DNA of 36,237 nucleotides. Source: Pseudomonas phage vB_PaeM-D14A. The stretch lies in sequence record BK061475.1, one strand, 5' to 3'. Shown here one piece after another: positions 35,099 through 36,237 of the stretch. Position numbers and translations under genes: made by a program. The notes under the pieces were generated by a model, which was not told the origin of the DNA, ran no database searches, and was given only the letters and a program-made list of their open reading frames with translations. Position 1 is the stretch's first letter, and each line of letters opens with the position of its first letter.

Positions 35099-36237
35099 GG
35101 CGATCCAGGAAGCACAATCCCAACATCCCCCCGCACATCGACCAGGCCGCTATCCCAGCGGCCGTTTTCTTTGACCACCGCGGCAAAGGTACCTGGTACA
35201 CCCTGCACCGTGATGAGGCCGGCCGGCAGCGCCGGCAGAACATCGCCAGCAGTTCGGCCACACTGGCCGAGCTGCACAAGATCATGGAGGTGCGCAACGG
35301 CATCGACCGCGAGAGCCTGAACCACCTGTGCGAGCAGTACCACGGCAGCGCCAAGTTCAAGCGGCTCGCGCCGAAGACCCAGGACAGCTACACCTGGTCT
35401 CGCGACGTCCTAGTCAACATCCCCACCAAGCTCGGCAAGCCTCTCGGCGAACTGGCCGTGCGCAAGTTCACCCCCGCGCTGATCCAGCGGATCATTGACC
35501 GGATCGCCGACGAGGGGACACCGTCGAAGGCTGCCCATGCGCTGCGGTACCTGCGCCTGGTGATGCAGTGGGGGCGCAACCGCGGCTACCTGGACAACAA
35601 CCCGGCCATGGGCATAGAGGCACCGGTAGAGCGCAAGCAGCGCCGCCTGCCGTCGCATGACGTGATGCAACGCCTGATCGACCGCGCTCGCGAGCTGGGC
35701 CAGCTGAAACGCGGGCAGAAGGATGCAGTGCCGCCGCACCTGAGCTACGTCATGGAGCTGGCCTACCTCTGCCGGCTGCGCGGCATCGAGGTCGTCACCC
35801 TGACCGACGCCAACGAGCTGGCCGAGGGCGTGCTCACCAACCGGCGCAAGGGCAGCCGCGACAATGTCGTCACCTGGACGCCGCGCCTGCGCGCTGCCTG
35901 GGACGCCGCCAAGGCTCGCCGCGCCCAGGTATGGAAAGCCCGGGGCACGGCCGTGCCGGTCAACCCCGAGAAGCGCTTCATCATCACCGCCGAGCACGGC
36001 GGGCCGCTGGGCAAGTCTGGCCTGGACACTGCCTGGAACCGTTTCATCCGCAACGCCATCACCGCGGGCGTCATCACCGCCGAGCAGCGCTTCGGCCTGC
36101 ACGACCTCAAGCGCCGTGGCATCACCGACACCCCCGGCACCAGGGCCGACAAGCAGGAAGCCAGCGGCCACCGCGACGAATCCATGCTCGACATCTACGA
36201 CCTGAGCGTCCCGAAGGTCGCCCCCTCCGCTCTCTGA
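35095..36237 (+). CDS. int: tyrosine-type site-specific integrase
   Basis: 380 aa. C-terminal catalytic region HDLKRRG...SGHRDESMLDIYDL (R...HxxR...Y). Last gene of the prophage. Confidence 0.8.
   Translation: MRRSRKHNPNIPPHIDQAAIPAAVFFDHRGKGTWYTLHRDEAGRQRRQNIASSSATLAELHKIMEVRNGIDRESLNHLCEQYHGSAKFKRLAPKTQDSYTWSRDVLVNIPTKLGKPLGELAVRKFTPALIQRIIDRIADEGTPSKAAHALRYLRLVMQWGRNRGYLDNNPAMGIEAPVERKQRRLPSHDVMQRLIDRARELGQLKRGQKDAVPPHLSYVMELAYLCRLRGIEVVTLTDANELAEGVLTNRRKGSRDNVVTWTPRLRAAWDAAKARRAQVWKARGTAVPVNPEKRFIITAEHGGPLGKSGLDTAWNRFIRNAITAGVITAEQRFGLHDLKRRGITDTPGTRADKQEASGHRDESMLDIYDLSVPKVAPSAL

Overview
This 36.2 kb window is mostly one P2-family (peduovirus-like) prophage in a high-GC genome (about 64% GC, Pseudomonas-like). 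Reading left to right the window contains the elements below.

- **Left end:** an AT-rich block packed with GGTAATT/AATTACC heptamers, then a candidate cos site (GGCGTGGCGGGG...).
- **Packaging and head:** a leftward portal-terminase operon (Q, P) and a rightward head operon (O, N, M, L).
- **Lysis:** X, two holin-like membrane proteins, an endolysin and embedded Rz/Rz1 spanins.
- **Tail:** R, S, V, W, J, I, H (with an internal tandem duplication) and G; then sheath, tube, the E/E' chaperone with a TTTTTTG -1 frameshift site, tape measure, U and D.
- **Late promoters:** three conserved TGT-N13-ACA dyads sit in front of the O, V and FI operons. An Ogr/Delta-type zinc-finger gene lies in the early region.
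- **Low-GC island:** between gpD and the immunity repressor lies a roughly 3.2 kb foreign island. It carries a complete cytosine-5 DNA methyltransferase with its own TATAAT promoter. Convergent to it is a translationally coupled two-gene operon: a ParB/Srx-fold nuclease-domain protein and a protein with an Mrr-like GDGGID motif. I consider this the best candidate for an undescribed restriction or defence module, sitting in a typical P2 accessory hotspot.
- **Lysogeny switch:** rightward, an HTH repressor diverges from a Cro/Ner-like gene, with tandem direct-repeat operators between them.
- **Early and replication region:** a CII-like gene, an Ogr-like gene and small ORFs. A P4-alpha-like Toprim primase/SF3 helicase sits where P2 has gene A. 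Three small genes are each preceded by a hairpin with the conserved loop CGGCAA plus an identical RBS/ATGCAA start. A TraR-like zinc finger follows.
- **Right end:** a second, high-GC C5-methyltransferase with about five SVADPR repeat modules in its variable region, translationally coupled to a PP-loop (PAPS-reductase/DndC-like) protein; then a DUF4224-like protein and a tyrosine integrase.

No rRNA, tRNA, CRISPR or IS elements were recognised.
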